A program made the position numbers and the translations under genes. From Candidatus Dormiibacterota bacterium (GTDB taxonomy: Bacteria; Chloroflexota; Dormibacteria; Dormibacterales; Dormibacteraceae), in contig DATCPW010000187.1 in assembly GCA_036569865.1 (NCBI GenBank), positions 1-45,391 on the forward strand: a DNA stretch of 45,391 bases, given 5' to 3'. Under the pieces are notes generated by a model. The model was given only the letters and a program-made list of their open reading frames with translations, was not told where the DNA came from and did no database searches. Position 1 is the stretch's first letter. Every line of letters begins with the position of its first letter. Shown here piece after piece: positions 1 through 7,702 of this stretch.

Positions 1-212
1 CCGTGGTCGGCACGCCAACCTGGATCGCTGTAGCCAGTCTCGCGCTGCGGGAGCGGGGTAGTCGCGGGGCTCCCCACAAACTGCTGTCAGCCGACCTCCA
101 AGGCGCGGGACCTTCCGCAGTTTCGATAGAAGAATTCGATCGACCAAGATCAGATTGGGCCTGGTGGGCCGGGAGGGGCACGGCATATGTCGAGCAGATC
201 AGCGACATAAGC

Positions 213-238
213 GAGGCTTCCAAGCCAGGGAAGGCCTC
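213..238 (-). terminator. GC-rich hairpin immediately 3' of the PRC-barrel gene pair
   Basis: gaggcttcc (213-221) pairs with ggaaggcctc (229-238) with one bulge and a 7-nt loop. It lies 5 nt past the stop at 244-246. No clear U-tract. Confidence 0.3.
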
Positions 239-243
239 AGCGG

Positions 244-528
244 TTACTCCTTGGCCTTGAGGCGGATGGGGGAGCCGTCGAACGTGTCGACGTCGTCCCA
301 CGGGATGCGGTGCGCGTGGTGGTGGCCGCGCAGGTGGTACCTGAACAACCGCACCACCTCCAGCCGGTCAAGCCACTCCCACCCGCCGCTGAGGATCCCG
401 GTCAGCCGGTAGGGCGGGCCGTCCGTGACGGCCAGGTCGACCGCGAGGCCGATGATCCGGCCGTCGCTGTCGACGATACGGCTGCCGATCAGGTCGGCCA
501 CCCTTACTTTGCGAGCCTGCGCGCTCAC
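244..528 (-). CDS. PRC-barrel domain protein (94 aa)
   Basis: ORF track. The pattern VADLIGSRIVDSDGRIIGLAVDL...YRLTGIL is typical of PRC-barrel proteins. The start overlaps the upstream stop by 4 nt. Confidence 0.6.
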   Translation of the reverse strand: MSAQARKVRVADLIGSRIVDSDGRIIGLAVDLAVTDGPPYRLTGILSGGWEWLDRLEVVRLFRYHLRGHHHAHRIPWDDVDTFDGSPIRLKAKE

Positions 529-938
529 CCGCTACTTCCTTTCCCGGTGCGCCTGTTGCCCGCGCGCTCCTTCCATGCACGGTAGCCGCTGCCAGGGATG
601 AACCTCAGGATGTGCTCGACGATCCAGCCCTCCGAGTCACCGACGCGGTATGCGTCGGCGTCCTGCCTAAGGCGCAGGATCAGCCCCTTAGTCTTCAACT
701 CGGTGAGCGGAATACTGGCCTCGAAACGACCGTGGAGGATGAGCTTGGCGGCGGGCCTCAGGAAGGTGCCCAACCTGCCGGTGAGCGCCTCGGGCCCGGT
801 AAGGATGTCAGTCAGCTCGACTGACCCATCGGCCTCCATCTTGCCTGCGAGGTCTGCCACTCGCCCGAGCTCCCTGCCATCGGCCGACACCATCTGGATA
901 TCCACGATATCCCGCATGACGTGCAGCGTCCGGTTCAT
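525..938 (-). CDS. PRC-barrel-like protein (137 aa)
   Basis: ORF track. Contains IVDIQMVSADGRELGRVADLAG...VELTDILTG. Tightly packed against both neighbours: 4-nt overlap with the downstream gene (525-528) and a 2-nt gap from the NRAMP-like gene stop (941). Confidence 0.55.
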   Translation of the reverse strand: MNRTLHVMRDIVDIQMVSADGRELGRVADLAGKMEADGSVELTDILTGPEALTGRLGTFLRPAAKLILHGRFEASIPLTELKTKGLILRLRQDADAYRVGDSEGWIVEHILRFIPGSGYRAWKERAGNRRTGKGSSG

Positions 939-940
939 TG

Positions 941-2164
941 TTAGCCGCCCCCCGTGAGAAGCAGCAGCGGCATCGAGACCGCCGCGACCACGAACGCCAT
1001 CGCGATGATCGCAATCGTGCCGACATTGCTCAGCCAGCCGTTGGTCTCCTTCCCGAGGTAGCGGCTGTCATTCATGATCACGAGGAAGGGGGCGAGCGAA
1101 ATCGGCAGCAGCAGCGCGGTGACCGCGGAGCCGAGCAGGGCCAGCTGCAGAGGGTCGATGCCGATCAGCCCGATCGCCACCGCCACGAGCAAGAAAACGA
1201 TGATCGTCAGGTTGAAGCGGGCGGCGTCGACAGGCTTGTGGTGCTCTCCCCAGCGCCAGCCCATGCCCTGGGAGAGGTTGTAGGCCATCGACAGCCCAAC
1301 CTCCAGGCAGGCGCCGAAGCAGGTAATCAACAGCGCTAACGCGAAAAGAACGCTCCCGGGGCGGCCCAAGGCCTTGCCCATCGACAGGCCCACTTCGCCC
1401 AGCGTTCCACCGCTGATGTGGAGTGGCCCGAGGACCATTGCGGAGAGCATTACCAACGCGATCGCAGTGATGCTACCGAAGCCCATTCCCACCACCGCGG
1501 TTATCTTGTTGAGCGTTAGCGAACGCCGCGTCCATCCGTCCTCGCGGGCGCCCGAAGAGTAGAAAAAGATCAGGTAGGGGCTGATCACGGCGCCCAGGAT
1601 AGCCGCCGCCAGGAACAGGTACTCGCCCAGCTCACCCGACTTGATCTCCGGGTTCCAGAGTGTCACTACCACGTCCTTCGGCGGCCCGCCGAGGGCGACG
1701 ATGGCAACCACAAAGGAGAGCGTCACCATCCCCAGGATCGCGGGTCCGTTCTCGATTACCTCGAAGGACGCCAGCCAGATCGTCACGAACACCGCGATCG
1801 CCGCCACCGGGAACATCAGGTGCCAGCTGAGCCCGGTCAAAAGCGACAGCGCGATCGCCACGCCGCCGATCTCGGCGGTGAACATCAGGGCATTAGCGAT
1901 CAGCTCGCTGGTTAGCGGCAGCAGGTAGAACTTGAAGCCGAAGTGCTCGCGGATCGCGGCCGCGTACGGCTTCTTGGAGACGGCCGCCAGGCGGCCGCTC
2001 ATCTCAACCAGGAGCATGATCGCGACAGTAGCCAACAGAAAGGCCCACACGAGGCCGAGCCCGAACTTCGCGCCCGCCTCACCCGACGTCGCCACCGCCC
2101 CAACATCGACGAAACCGCCAATCGCGGTGATGATGCCCAGCATTACGCCCAGGATGGTCTTCAA
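941..2164 (-). CDS. NRAMP-family membrane transporter with a non-canonical metal site (407 aa)
   Basis: Polytopic membrane protein that aligns by eye to MntH. TM1 reads GGFVDVGAVATSGEAGAKFGLGLVW (DVGA in place of DPGN). TM6 reads ILGAVISPYLIFFYSS (ISPY in place of IMPH). Confidence 0.85.
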   Translation of the reverse strand: MKTILGVMLGIITAIGGFVDVGAVATSGEAGAKFGLGLVWAFLLATVAIMLLVEMSGRLAAVSKKPYAAAIREHFGFKFYLLPLTSELIANALMFTAEIGGVAIALSLLTGLSWHLMFPVAAIAVFVTIWLASFEVIENGPAILGMVTLSFVVAIVALGGPPKDVVVTLWNPEIKSGELGEYLFLAAAILGAVISPYLIFFYSSGAREDGWTRRSLTLNKITAVVGMGFGSITAIALVMLSAMVLGPLHISGGTLGEVGLSMGKALGRPGSVLFALALLITCFGACLEVGLSMAYNLSQGMGWRWGEHHKPVDAARFNLTIIVFLLVAVAIGLIGIDPLQLALLGSAVTALLLPISLAPFLVIMNDSRYLGKETNGWLSNVGTIAIIAMAFVVAAVSMPLLLLTGGG

Positions 2165-2499
2165 CCTCCGCCCGCCTCCCTGAGGGCCGCCGCGGCGGCC
2201 TCGAGCGTCGCGGCCTGTCCTTGCCAGTCGCAGCCGTCATCGAGGCAGGGCGCATCCAGCGCAGGCACCGCAGCGCGATAGACAGCGACGAGGCGATCGA
2301 CCTCGGCGCCGGACGGCGCTCCTTTCGCCTGGCGCAGCTTGGGCTCGAAGTTCAGGAGCAACTCTCGGTAGTTGGCGATGGCCGACCGGGCGTAAGGCTT
2401 GGTGATTCGGCCCTCGTGGACGTAATTTAGAGTCGCCGCGGCTGCCGCCAGCTCGTCGCCGGCGCCGCCGGCCTGGGTGGCGAAAACCGACTTGACCAT
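2161..2499 (-). CDS. Putative lipoprotein of unknown function; the true start is probably upstream (CTG at 2562-2560)
   Basis: ORF track gives ATG at 2499. The same frame stays open upstream to TGA at 2574-2572 and encodes LRSPSLAAAGLALALALSGC, a signal peptide with an LSGC lipobox. The stop overlaps the NRAMP start by 4 nt. Confidence 0.5.
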   Translation of the reverse strand: MVKSVFATQAGGAGDELAAAAATLNYVHEGRITKPYARSAIANYRELLLNFEPKLRQAKGAPSGAEVDRLVAVYRAAVPALDAPCLDDGCDWQGQAATLEAAAAALREAGGG

Positions 2500-2819
2500 C
2501 GCGCAACCCGACAGCGCCAGCGCCAGCGCCAGCCCTGCGGCCGCCAGGCTAGGACTACGCAGGACCGTGGCTCACGACATCTGCACAATAGGAATTATGA
2601 GTCGCGGCCAAACACTCAGAAACCACTGGCCCCCCCACGCTGGAGCCTGTGTGCCATGCGCGGTTATAGATCAAACCATGGTTACGACTTCAGGCCGAGC
2701 CTGCCTGGCCTATCAAACTCCTTAGGGAGAGCGATATGAAGACCGCCGCGCAGCATCTACGGTGTCTTGGGCCGTCGGCGGATCACAGCCACCACGACTC
2801 GATGTATAGAGACATGACA

Positions 2820-2875
2820 TAGCTCCGGAGCCGGGATTCGAGCCAGGTCTACCCCTTGGAAGATGGTCTCGGAGC
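2820..2875 (-). repeat. Degenerate fourth copy of the tRNA-Asn-like 3' fragment
   Basis: tagctccggagccgggattcgagccagg versus the consensus tggctccggagcagggattcgaaccctg. About 60 percent identity continues for roughly 50 nt. No CCA. Confidence 0.35.
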
Positions 2876-2877
2876 GC

Positions 2878-3189
2878 TCATTGGCGGGGCACACCCGATT
2901 CAAGCCGCTCTGCAGGCAGGAATTCCCGGAGTTGGTCGCCGAAGGTTCTGGTGTTGATCGGCTTGGTGATGTATCCGATGCAACCGGCGGCGATTGCCTG
3001 CTCCCGGTCGCCGGCCATTGCACGGGCCGTCAGCGCCACGATAGGGATGGTGGCCGTCGGGGGGTTCGCCTTGAGTTGACGAGTAAGTGCCAGGCCGTCT
3101 TGTCCGGGCAACTGCACGTCCATCAAGATCAGGTCCGGAGTGCGGGCGTTCAAGCTCTCCATAACCTCTTCGGATGAGCCTGCCGAAAA
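2878..3189 (-). pseudogene. 5'-truncated response-regulator receiver domain
   Basis: Has the phospho-acceptor context PDLILMDVQLPGQDG, then VALTA and YITKP, but lacks about 30 N-terminal residues (beta1 and the acidic pair). The frame opens only after TAA at 3192-3190. It sits between two tRNA-fragment repeats. Confidence 0.65.
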
Positions 3190-3398
3190 TTAAACATTAG
3201 GCCCTACATGAGGCTGCCGGTGCTCAACGAGCCGGAACGCGCAAAGGCCCTGAGTTCAGAGGGTCAGGCTCAAAAATCGCCGCAGGGTCATCCGTCGGCT
3301 ACGTCGGGGCTCTCCTAGGTCCGGCCGGGAGGATGCCTTGGAGCAACTGTGTTACTCGCTTAGATTGCGTGACATATTCACAGTTGGCTCCGCCCAGT

Positions 3399-3537
3399 TG
3401 GCTCCGGAGCAGGGATTCGAAACCTGAACCTTGCGGTTAACAGATCGGTGAAGCCCGTTGAGAAATTGTGACTCGTATTCGTGAGTGCCTCTGAACATCG
3501 CCGTTTAGCATCGTTTGTCGCCCGCGTTGCTGTACGA
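3399..3537 (-). repeat. att-like direct repeat copy 1: 3' 45 nt of a tRNA-Asn(GUU)-like gene plus about 95 nt of conserved flank
   Basis: The reverse complement reads CTGTTAA-ccgca-aggtt-CAGGtTTCGAATCCCTG-CTCCGGAG-CCA, running from the anticodon loop (GTT) to the CCA end. No complementary 5' half is present. Homology to copy 2 continues to gcgttgctgtacga (3524-3537). The 12-nt cagttggctccg is duplicated at 3381-3392 and 3395-3406. Confidence 0.7.
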
Positions 3538-3546
3538 GGCGACTGC

Positions 3547-3888
3547 TCAGAGCCCTAAGGCCAGCCGGAGTCCAGCATCGACTTGTTCCATCCGTGAAAG
3601 ATCTAGACTGCCCAGCCGAGTCTCGAGATTGCTTTTGTCCAGCGTGACAACTTGGCTGACGTTGACCACGCAGTCGCGATCCAGTCCTGCAGTCCCGGCC
3701 GCCAAAGCGACATTGCCCGGCGCTGCGGCCAGGCGGAGGTTCGATGTGATTGCCGCCACGGTGATGGTCTTGATACGCGAGCGGTTGAAGGCGTCCGCAG
3801 AAACGACTAGAACAGGCCGGCGCCAAGCCGGCGCCGAACCCTGGCGTGGGCCAAGGTCAGCCCACCAAACTTCGCTCCGCGCTACCAC
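3547..3888 (-). CDS. mazF: MazF/PemK-family type II toxin (113 aa)
   Basis: N-terminus RSEVWWADLGPRQGSAPAWRRPVLVVSAD...ITVAAITSN is typical of PemK/MazF. Overlaps the upstream antitoxin gene by 7 nt. Confidence 0.8.
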   Translation of the reverse strand: MVARSEVWWADLGPRQGSAPAWRRPVLVVSADAFNRSRIKTITVAAITSNLRLAAAPGNVALAAGTAGLDRDCVVNVSQVVTLDKSNLETRLGSLDLSRMEQVDAGLRLALGL

Positions 3889-4115
3889 TTCTCAGCGGTG
3901 GCCCGGCGCTGCGCAGCGACCAGACCGCGGTCTATGGACGACCTCTCCTTGGAGTAAACGGCCTCGAGCGCTCGGGTTACATCCTGGTCGGGATCATGGC
4001 CGAGGAGCCGCTCCAGCGCCTCGGCGTAGAGCTGACTTCGCGACAGCCCGAGCTTGCGAGCGCGTCGTTCGGCAGCTTGAAAGAGCGGCGTCGGAATGGA
4101 GATCGCTGTCTTCAT
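3882..4115 (-). CDS. Ribbon-helix-helix (CopG/MazE-like) antitoxin (77 aa)
   Basis: MKTAISIPTPLFQAAERRARKLGLSRSQLYAEALERLL is a classic RHH N-terminus. It lies directly upstream of the toxin. Confidence 0.75.
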   Translation of the reverse strand: MKTAISIPTPLFQAAERRARKLGLSRSQLYAEALERLLGHDPDQDVTRALEAVYSKERSSIDRGLVAAQRRATAEKW

Positions 4116-4122
4116 GATTAGA

Positions 4123-4139
4123 GTATAACCGGGTTATAC
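4123..4139. promoter_or_regulatory. Perfect palindrome GTATAACC-G-GGTTATAC; probable operator/-10 region of the TA operon
   Basis: 8-bp arms lying 8 nt upstream of the antitoxin ATG. The palindrome contains TATAAC on both strands. Confidence 0.55.
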
Positions 4140-4163
4140 CCGCCCGGCCGCGTTGCCCTGCAG

Positions 4164-4667
4164 CTACCCGGCGTTCGATCGCTTGGCCGCCAATTCAATG
4201 GGAACGAAGAAGCCCTGTGCGTAGCGCGACAGATGGAGTTCGCGACGCAGCTGGCGATTCAGGGAGTCGAAGTCTATACGCTCGAACCCGCCCTGGGCAG
4301 TGATGGCGTAATGGCAGTATCTGGCCATCTCATTCATGTATCCCAAAACCGTCCGGCTCACCGTCGTTGCTAGCTCCACCGAGTTGGGATCAAGCTTGCC
4401 GAACCTCCCTCGCGTAAGGTTCTCGGCATCTAGGGCTCGATCAATTGTTCCGACTACTAATCGGCCGATCGGCAGTAAGTCGGCCTTTCGAACATCGGCA
4501 ACGAGAACGGAGAATAGCGTGCCGGCATGAGCCAGCAGCAGGCACTTTCGCCGGTCCAGCCACAACAGGTTGGCGTACCAGTCGTCATCACCTGCCCGCG
4601 CGGTGCCCAGGTCTCTCGGTCTGGCTTCAATCAAGTCGAGCAGCTTCTTGGTGCAGCGAAGGATCAT
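4164..4667 (-). CDS. Conserved hypothetical protein (167 aa), DUF6933-like from memory
   Basis: MILRCTKKLLDL...DDWYANLLWLDRRKCLLLAHAGTLFSV resembles a family of uncharacterised actinobacterial proteins. The family name is recalled, not searched. Confidence 0.55.
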   Translation of the reverse strand: MILRCTKKLLDLIEARPRDLGTARAGDDDWYANLLWLDRRKCLLLAHAGTLFSVLVADVRKADLLPIGRLVVGTIDRALDAENLTRGRFGKLDPNSVELATTVSRTVLGYMNEMARYCHYAITAQGGFERIDFDSLNRQLRRELHLSRYAQGFFVPIELAAKRSNAG

Positions 4668-4896
4668 CGACCCAGATCGTATGGATTGCTTCGACTAGGG
4701 ATCCGACCTGATAGAGATGCGGTGGCTTAGGGGTCCGCGCAACTCGACTGCCCTGGTGACGATGAACGCGCCCTACGGCGTCGTAGTCGACGCTGCTCGG
4801 CAAACACCGCACTGTCCCAGAGAAGCGGGGATGTTTGCGATCAGGTTTGGCATTGGCTCGCATGTCCTGCCATCGAGTTCACGCCCAGCTCGCTTC

Positions 4897-5487
4897 TTAG
4901 CGGCCCTTCGTCCCAGTTGGATGACCGTAGGCGAACGCCTCCGGATCGTCGGGCGCACGTTCATCTCCAAGTTGCTGTAAGCCCATGGCGGCGAAGTAGC
5001 GCACATCTGCATCTGTGTCGTTTAGCGCAGTCGCCAACAGGTCCCCCGCCAGCGGGAGAGCTAAGTCGGCGACCGCATACACCGCCGCACAGCGCACCGC
5101 CTCGTCGCCATCGATAACCGCATGCATCAAAGCGTCGTGCGCGCCGATGTCATTCGGAAACCGGGCTTTGAGGCGAGGCACCGCCTCCATTCGGACAATC
5201 GCGTCCGGATGGTTCAGAACTAGAGCGATCAGATCGTCGCGGTCGACCGCCGCCTGGGCGACCCGGGCGGCAGCGTTGCTGGCGACGCGCCGCGGGTCAT
5301 CCTCACTGACAATCGGAATCGGACCGATTGGCCCTATAAAGAAGGCGCGGGTCTTCTCGTCCGACATCGCATGAAGATGGTAGGCCGTGGTCGGCAAAAG
5401 CGCAGTTCGATCGAACCCGGCAAATCCTCGCCCGGTTTCCGCGCCCGCTGCCAACTGGACCGTCACTGTTGTGTTTCGGGATGCCAA
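4897..5487 (-). CDS. HEAT-repeat protein (196 aa; alternative start ATG at 5367)
   Basis: Repeated D(A/E)xVRxxAxxxL units: DAIVRMEAVPRL, DEAVRCAAVYAVADL, DADVRYFAAMGLQQL. Confidence 0.55.
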   Translation of the reverse strand: MASRNTTVTVQLAAGAETGRGFAGFDRTALLPTTAYHLHAMSDEKTRAFFIGPIGPIPIVSEDDPRRVASNAAARVAQAAVDRDDLIALVLNHPDAIVRMEAVPRLKARFPNDIGAHDALMHAVIDGDEAVRCAAVYAVADLALPLAGDLLATALNDTDADVRYFAAMGLQQLGDERAPDDPEAFAYGHPTGTKGR

Positions 5488-5990
5488 AGACTGTCCCAGT
5501 CGTTGAGGATCTCTGTCTCTACGAAGTTAAGGCGACTTTCGAGGAGGTCGGCGTTCTCCTCTGTCCGGGGAACATCGACGGGGATTACGTCTGTTAGATC
5601 CTCGTGCGCTCTAACCTTGCGTACCCAAAGCCCCATTTCAAAGACATAGACTTCGAGCGCCTCACGCGGTTTGCGAGCGTTATCCGTAACGAGGTATGCC
5701 GGCGGAACGTCGCCGGTGACTGTCCACAGCCATCGATCTACGTGGGAGTTCGTAGGTTCTATTTCAAAGAGACATATCGACAACGTAGGAGGAATGCCCC
5801 AACCCCAGAAACTCCTAACTACTCGACTGCACCATTTGAAACCCGCAAGCCAGTCACGGGCCTCCGCAATCGCTTGCCGCACTTCTTGTAGTTCTAGTTC
5901 GGGATCCAGGCTGTTACCCAGACGAGTTTCTGGCAATACAGAGGTCAAGTCGGGGGCGCTACTCAATCCGGCGCACCTGCTGGAAGCCAA
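5463..5990 (-). CDS. Hypothetical protein (175 aa)
   Basis: ORF track. Co-oriented with the HEAT gene and overlaps it by 25 nt. I do not recognise a domain. Confidence 0.5.
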   Translation of the reverse strand: MASSRCAGLSSAPDLTSVLPETRLGNSLDPELELQEVRQAIAEARDWLAGFKWCSRVVRSFWGWGIPPTLSICLFEIEPTNSHVDRWLWTVTGDVPPAYLVTDNARKPREALEVYVFEMGLWVRKVRAHEDLTDVIPVDVPRTEENADLLESRLNFVETEILNDWDSLWHPETQQ

Positions 5991-6037
5991 TGTTGGATAC
6001 CTCCAGGACCATCACCACCGACCGGATGCTACAACTG

Positions 6038-6059
6038 GTTGTAGTACGGTTGTAGTAAG
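6038..6059. repeat. Tandem 11-mer ggttgtagtac/ggttgtagtaa, a candidate arm-type site
   Basis: Read directly. It lies about 45-65 bp to the low-coordinate side of repeat copy 2. An 8-bp perfect stem follows: agccttgc (6058-6065) with gcaaggct (6078-6085). Confidence 0.5.
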
Positions 6060-6103
6060 CCTTGCGAAGAGCTTTGAGCAAGGCTCGATTTCAAATTCGA
6101 AAT

Positions 6104-6243
6104 TGGCTCCGGAGCAGGGATTCGAACCCTGAACCTTGCGGTTAACAGATCGCTGAAGCCCGTTCAGAAATACCGCCTCGAATTCACTGAGCGCCGCTGC
6201 GTATCACCATTTGCCACGGTTTAGCACCGGCGTTGCTGTACGA
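6104..6243 (-). repeat. att-like direct repeat copy 2 (best preserved)
   Basis: The reverse complement gives CTGTTAA-ccgca-aggtt-CAGGGTTCGAATCCCTG-CTCCGGAG-CCA with an intact T-arm. The flank is homologous to copy 1 up to gcgttgctgtacga (6230-6243). Confidence 0.75.
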
Positions 6244-6517
6244 ATGGACCAACACCGACGGCGTCAGAGGCCTCGGCCAAGTCAGCAGCGAACCCCATGA
6301 ATTGGACCAATTGGGGGCTTGACAAGGGCATAGCTCAAACACACACGAGACACTCATAGAGGACGCGCGAGACACAATCCTTCGGTTTGCCAAGCCCGCA
6401 GACGGTTTTGAAGACCGCGGGCCTAGCATCCACGGGTGTCCACTACCGTCCGCATACGATCGGCCAAGAGCCTAAAGATTCCATGCACGCCCGCTGATGT
6501 CCATGTTCGTCCGTCGA

Positions 6518-6541
6518 CTTGGCTGTCATCTTGGCTGTCAG
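6518..6541. repeat. Tandem 12-mer cttggctgtcat/cttggctgtcag
   Basis: Read directly, in a roughly 600-bp stretch with no convincing ORF. Confidence 0.4.
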
Positions 6542-6873
6542 CGAAGAGTTAACGCGTAAGGCTCGAAACCTCCGCGAAGCGAGTGCGAGCCCCGGAGGTT
6601 CGCATCGATCGATCCTGACTTCATGTCACGAGCGATGTGCTGTACGCAGCAGTTGGTGCCCCGATCTGTCGCGCCCCCCTCGACGAGTTTCTCAGGTCGA
6701 CGTAGCTGATTGATCAGCGCGAACGTTCATATCGGTCGCTCTGCCTGAAACGGACTTTCTGCGCACCTCAGGGTTTGTGTAGGTGACCGGGTTGGCGACT
6801 GGTCGTAGTGAGCGCCCGGGCTGGGGACTCAACCTGTTCCAAGTCTCAGACTGATTGAAACCTGAGGAGCTCG

Positions 6874-7344
6874 CTACGGTCGCCGACGAGATCGTGCACT
6901 TCCACGACGTGTCTGCACCCAACTGAAGATGATTACGCCACCGACGAAGAAAGCTACCCAGAGCCACCGTCTGAAATCGTCCCCCGCCAACCAGTAGATG
7001 ATCCCCGCGGCAATGGCGAGTCCTACTGGCACAAGATAAGCCCACAGTGAGGAGGCTTGCCGTCCTTTGGGGTCTAAACGGTCCAGCGCTTTTGTCGTTC
7101 GCATAATCCCGATAACCCACGCTACTGAGGCCACTATCGCAATGAGTCCCAGTACGCCGATGAAAGGAAGGATGATGTTCTGTGGGCCACCTAGTTGGAG
7201 CACCACGGCGAGCGCAGCGCCAAGCGTCAAGCCGGCGATGATGGTCAGGCCTGCGAGATCTTCAAATCGCCCTCGGCGCAGGACTTCATTTAGGTCTGCG
7301 TCATTTCGACCGACGCGTCTATCGTTCAACTGCTGGCCCTCCAA
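6874..7344 (-). CDS. Membrane protein with about 4 TM segments (156 aa), unknown function
   Basis: Hydrophobic segments LTIIAGLTLGAALAVVL, ILPFIGVLGLIAIVASVAWVIGI, LWAYLVPVGLAIAAGIIYWL and WLWVAFFVGGVIIFSW. Confidence 0.6.
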   Translation of the reverse strand: MEGQQLNDRRVGRNDADLNEVLRRGRFEDLAGLTIIAGLTLGAALAVVLQLGGPQNIILPFIGVLGLIAIVASVAWVIGIMRTTKALDRLDPKGRQASSLWAYLVPVGLAIAAGIIYWLAGDDFRRWLWVAFFVGGVIIFSWVQTRRGSARSRRRP

Positions 7345-7351
7345 GCACGTC

Positions 7352-7606
7352 TCACATCAAGCTATCCTGGCGCCTAGCAGCTTCCCGAACCGTCGGCCAT
7401 TTGGCGTTGTCGCGGAAAACTTCGAAGATTGTGTCGAGGACAAATCGCTGTTGCGCGTCAAGGTCTTCTCTTTGGGGAGGCATTCTTAGCGACGGTAATT
7501 GTGATCCCATTACCTGAACCCGTTGATCAAGTTGTTTCGACTTAGCCGAGGGTAAAAGCTGTTTCCGAAGTACGGCCCTCCACCTGAGTTCAAACGGCTT
7601 TCTCAT
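7352..7606 (-). CDS. Small hypothetical protein (up to 84 aa)
   Basis: ORF track. Its stop lies 7 nt upstream of the membrane-protein start and it shares that gene's lower GC. No domain recognised. Confidence 0.4.
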   Translation of the reverse strand: MRKPFELRWRAVLRKQLLPSAKSKQLDQRVQVMGSQLPSLRMPPQREDLDAQQRFVLDTIFEVFRDNAKWPTVREAARRQDSLM

Positions 7607-7668
7607 AAGGACTCGGCCCGCGGCACTGAAAGAAAGAACAACTGACAGCGCGACCGTGCGGGTCCGGT

Positions 7669-7702
7669 CGCTATACGGTTGCTATACGGTTGCTGTAGTA
7701 CG
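7669..7702. repeat. Tandem gctatacggtt x2 followed by gctgtagtacgg, a candidate arm-type site
   Basis: Read directly. It lies about 45-75 bp to the low-coordinate side of repeat copy 3 and shares GGTTG(C)TGTAGTACGG with 6038-6059. Confidence 0.5.

Noticed and set aside
2563-2760. A Mn2+ (yybP-ykoY) or other metal riboswitch upstream of the NRAMP operons. The region 9512-9624 was also checked.
   Set aside because: I could not find the conserved GGGGAGUAG / UUGACAUA-type elements by eye. Only a covariance-model scan could settle this.
2736-2822. A small plus-strand ORF, MKTAAQHLRCLGPSADHSHHDSMYRDMT (28 aa, His-rich), with a GGGAGAG RBS, lying between the metal-transporter operon and the first repeat.
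   Set aside because: It is too short, it overlaps the degenerate repeat copy, and there is no supporting conservation evidence. It may merit a look only if ribosome profiling shows translation.
3208-3318. A 36-aa plus-strand ORF whose start, MRLPVLNEPERAKAL, resembles the N-terminus of actinobacterial mIHF.
   Set aside because: The similarity covers only about 12 residues and is lost afterwards. It is most likely chance or a tiny relic.
3399-3475. Possible intact tRNA-Asn genes at 3399 and 6104.
   Set aside because: Only the 3' 45 nt (anticodon loop to CCA) are tRNA-like. The sequence in place of the 5' anticodon stem, D-arm and acceptor strand cannot pair (tgcgg and tccggag would be needed, and neither is present).
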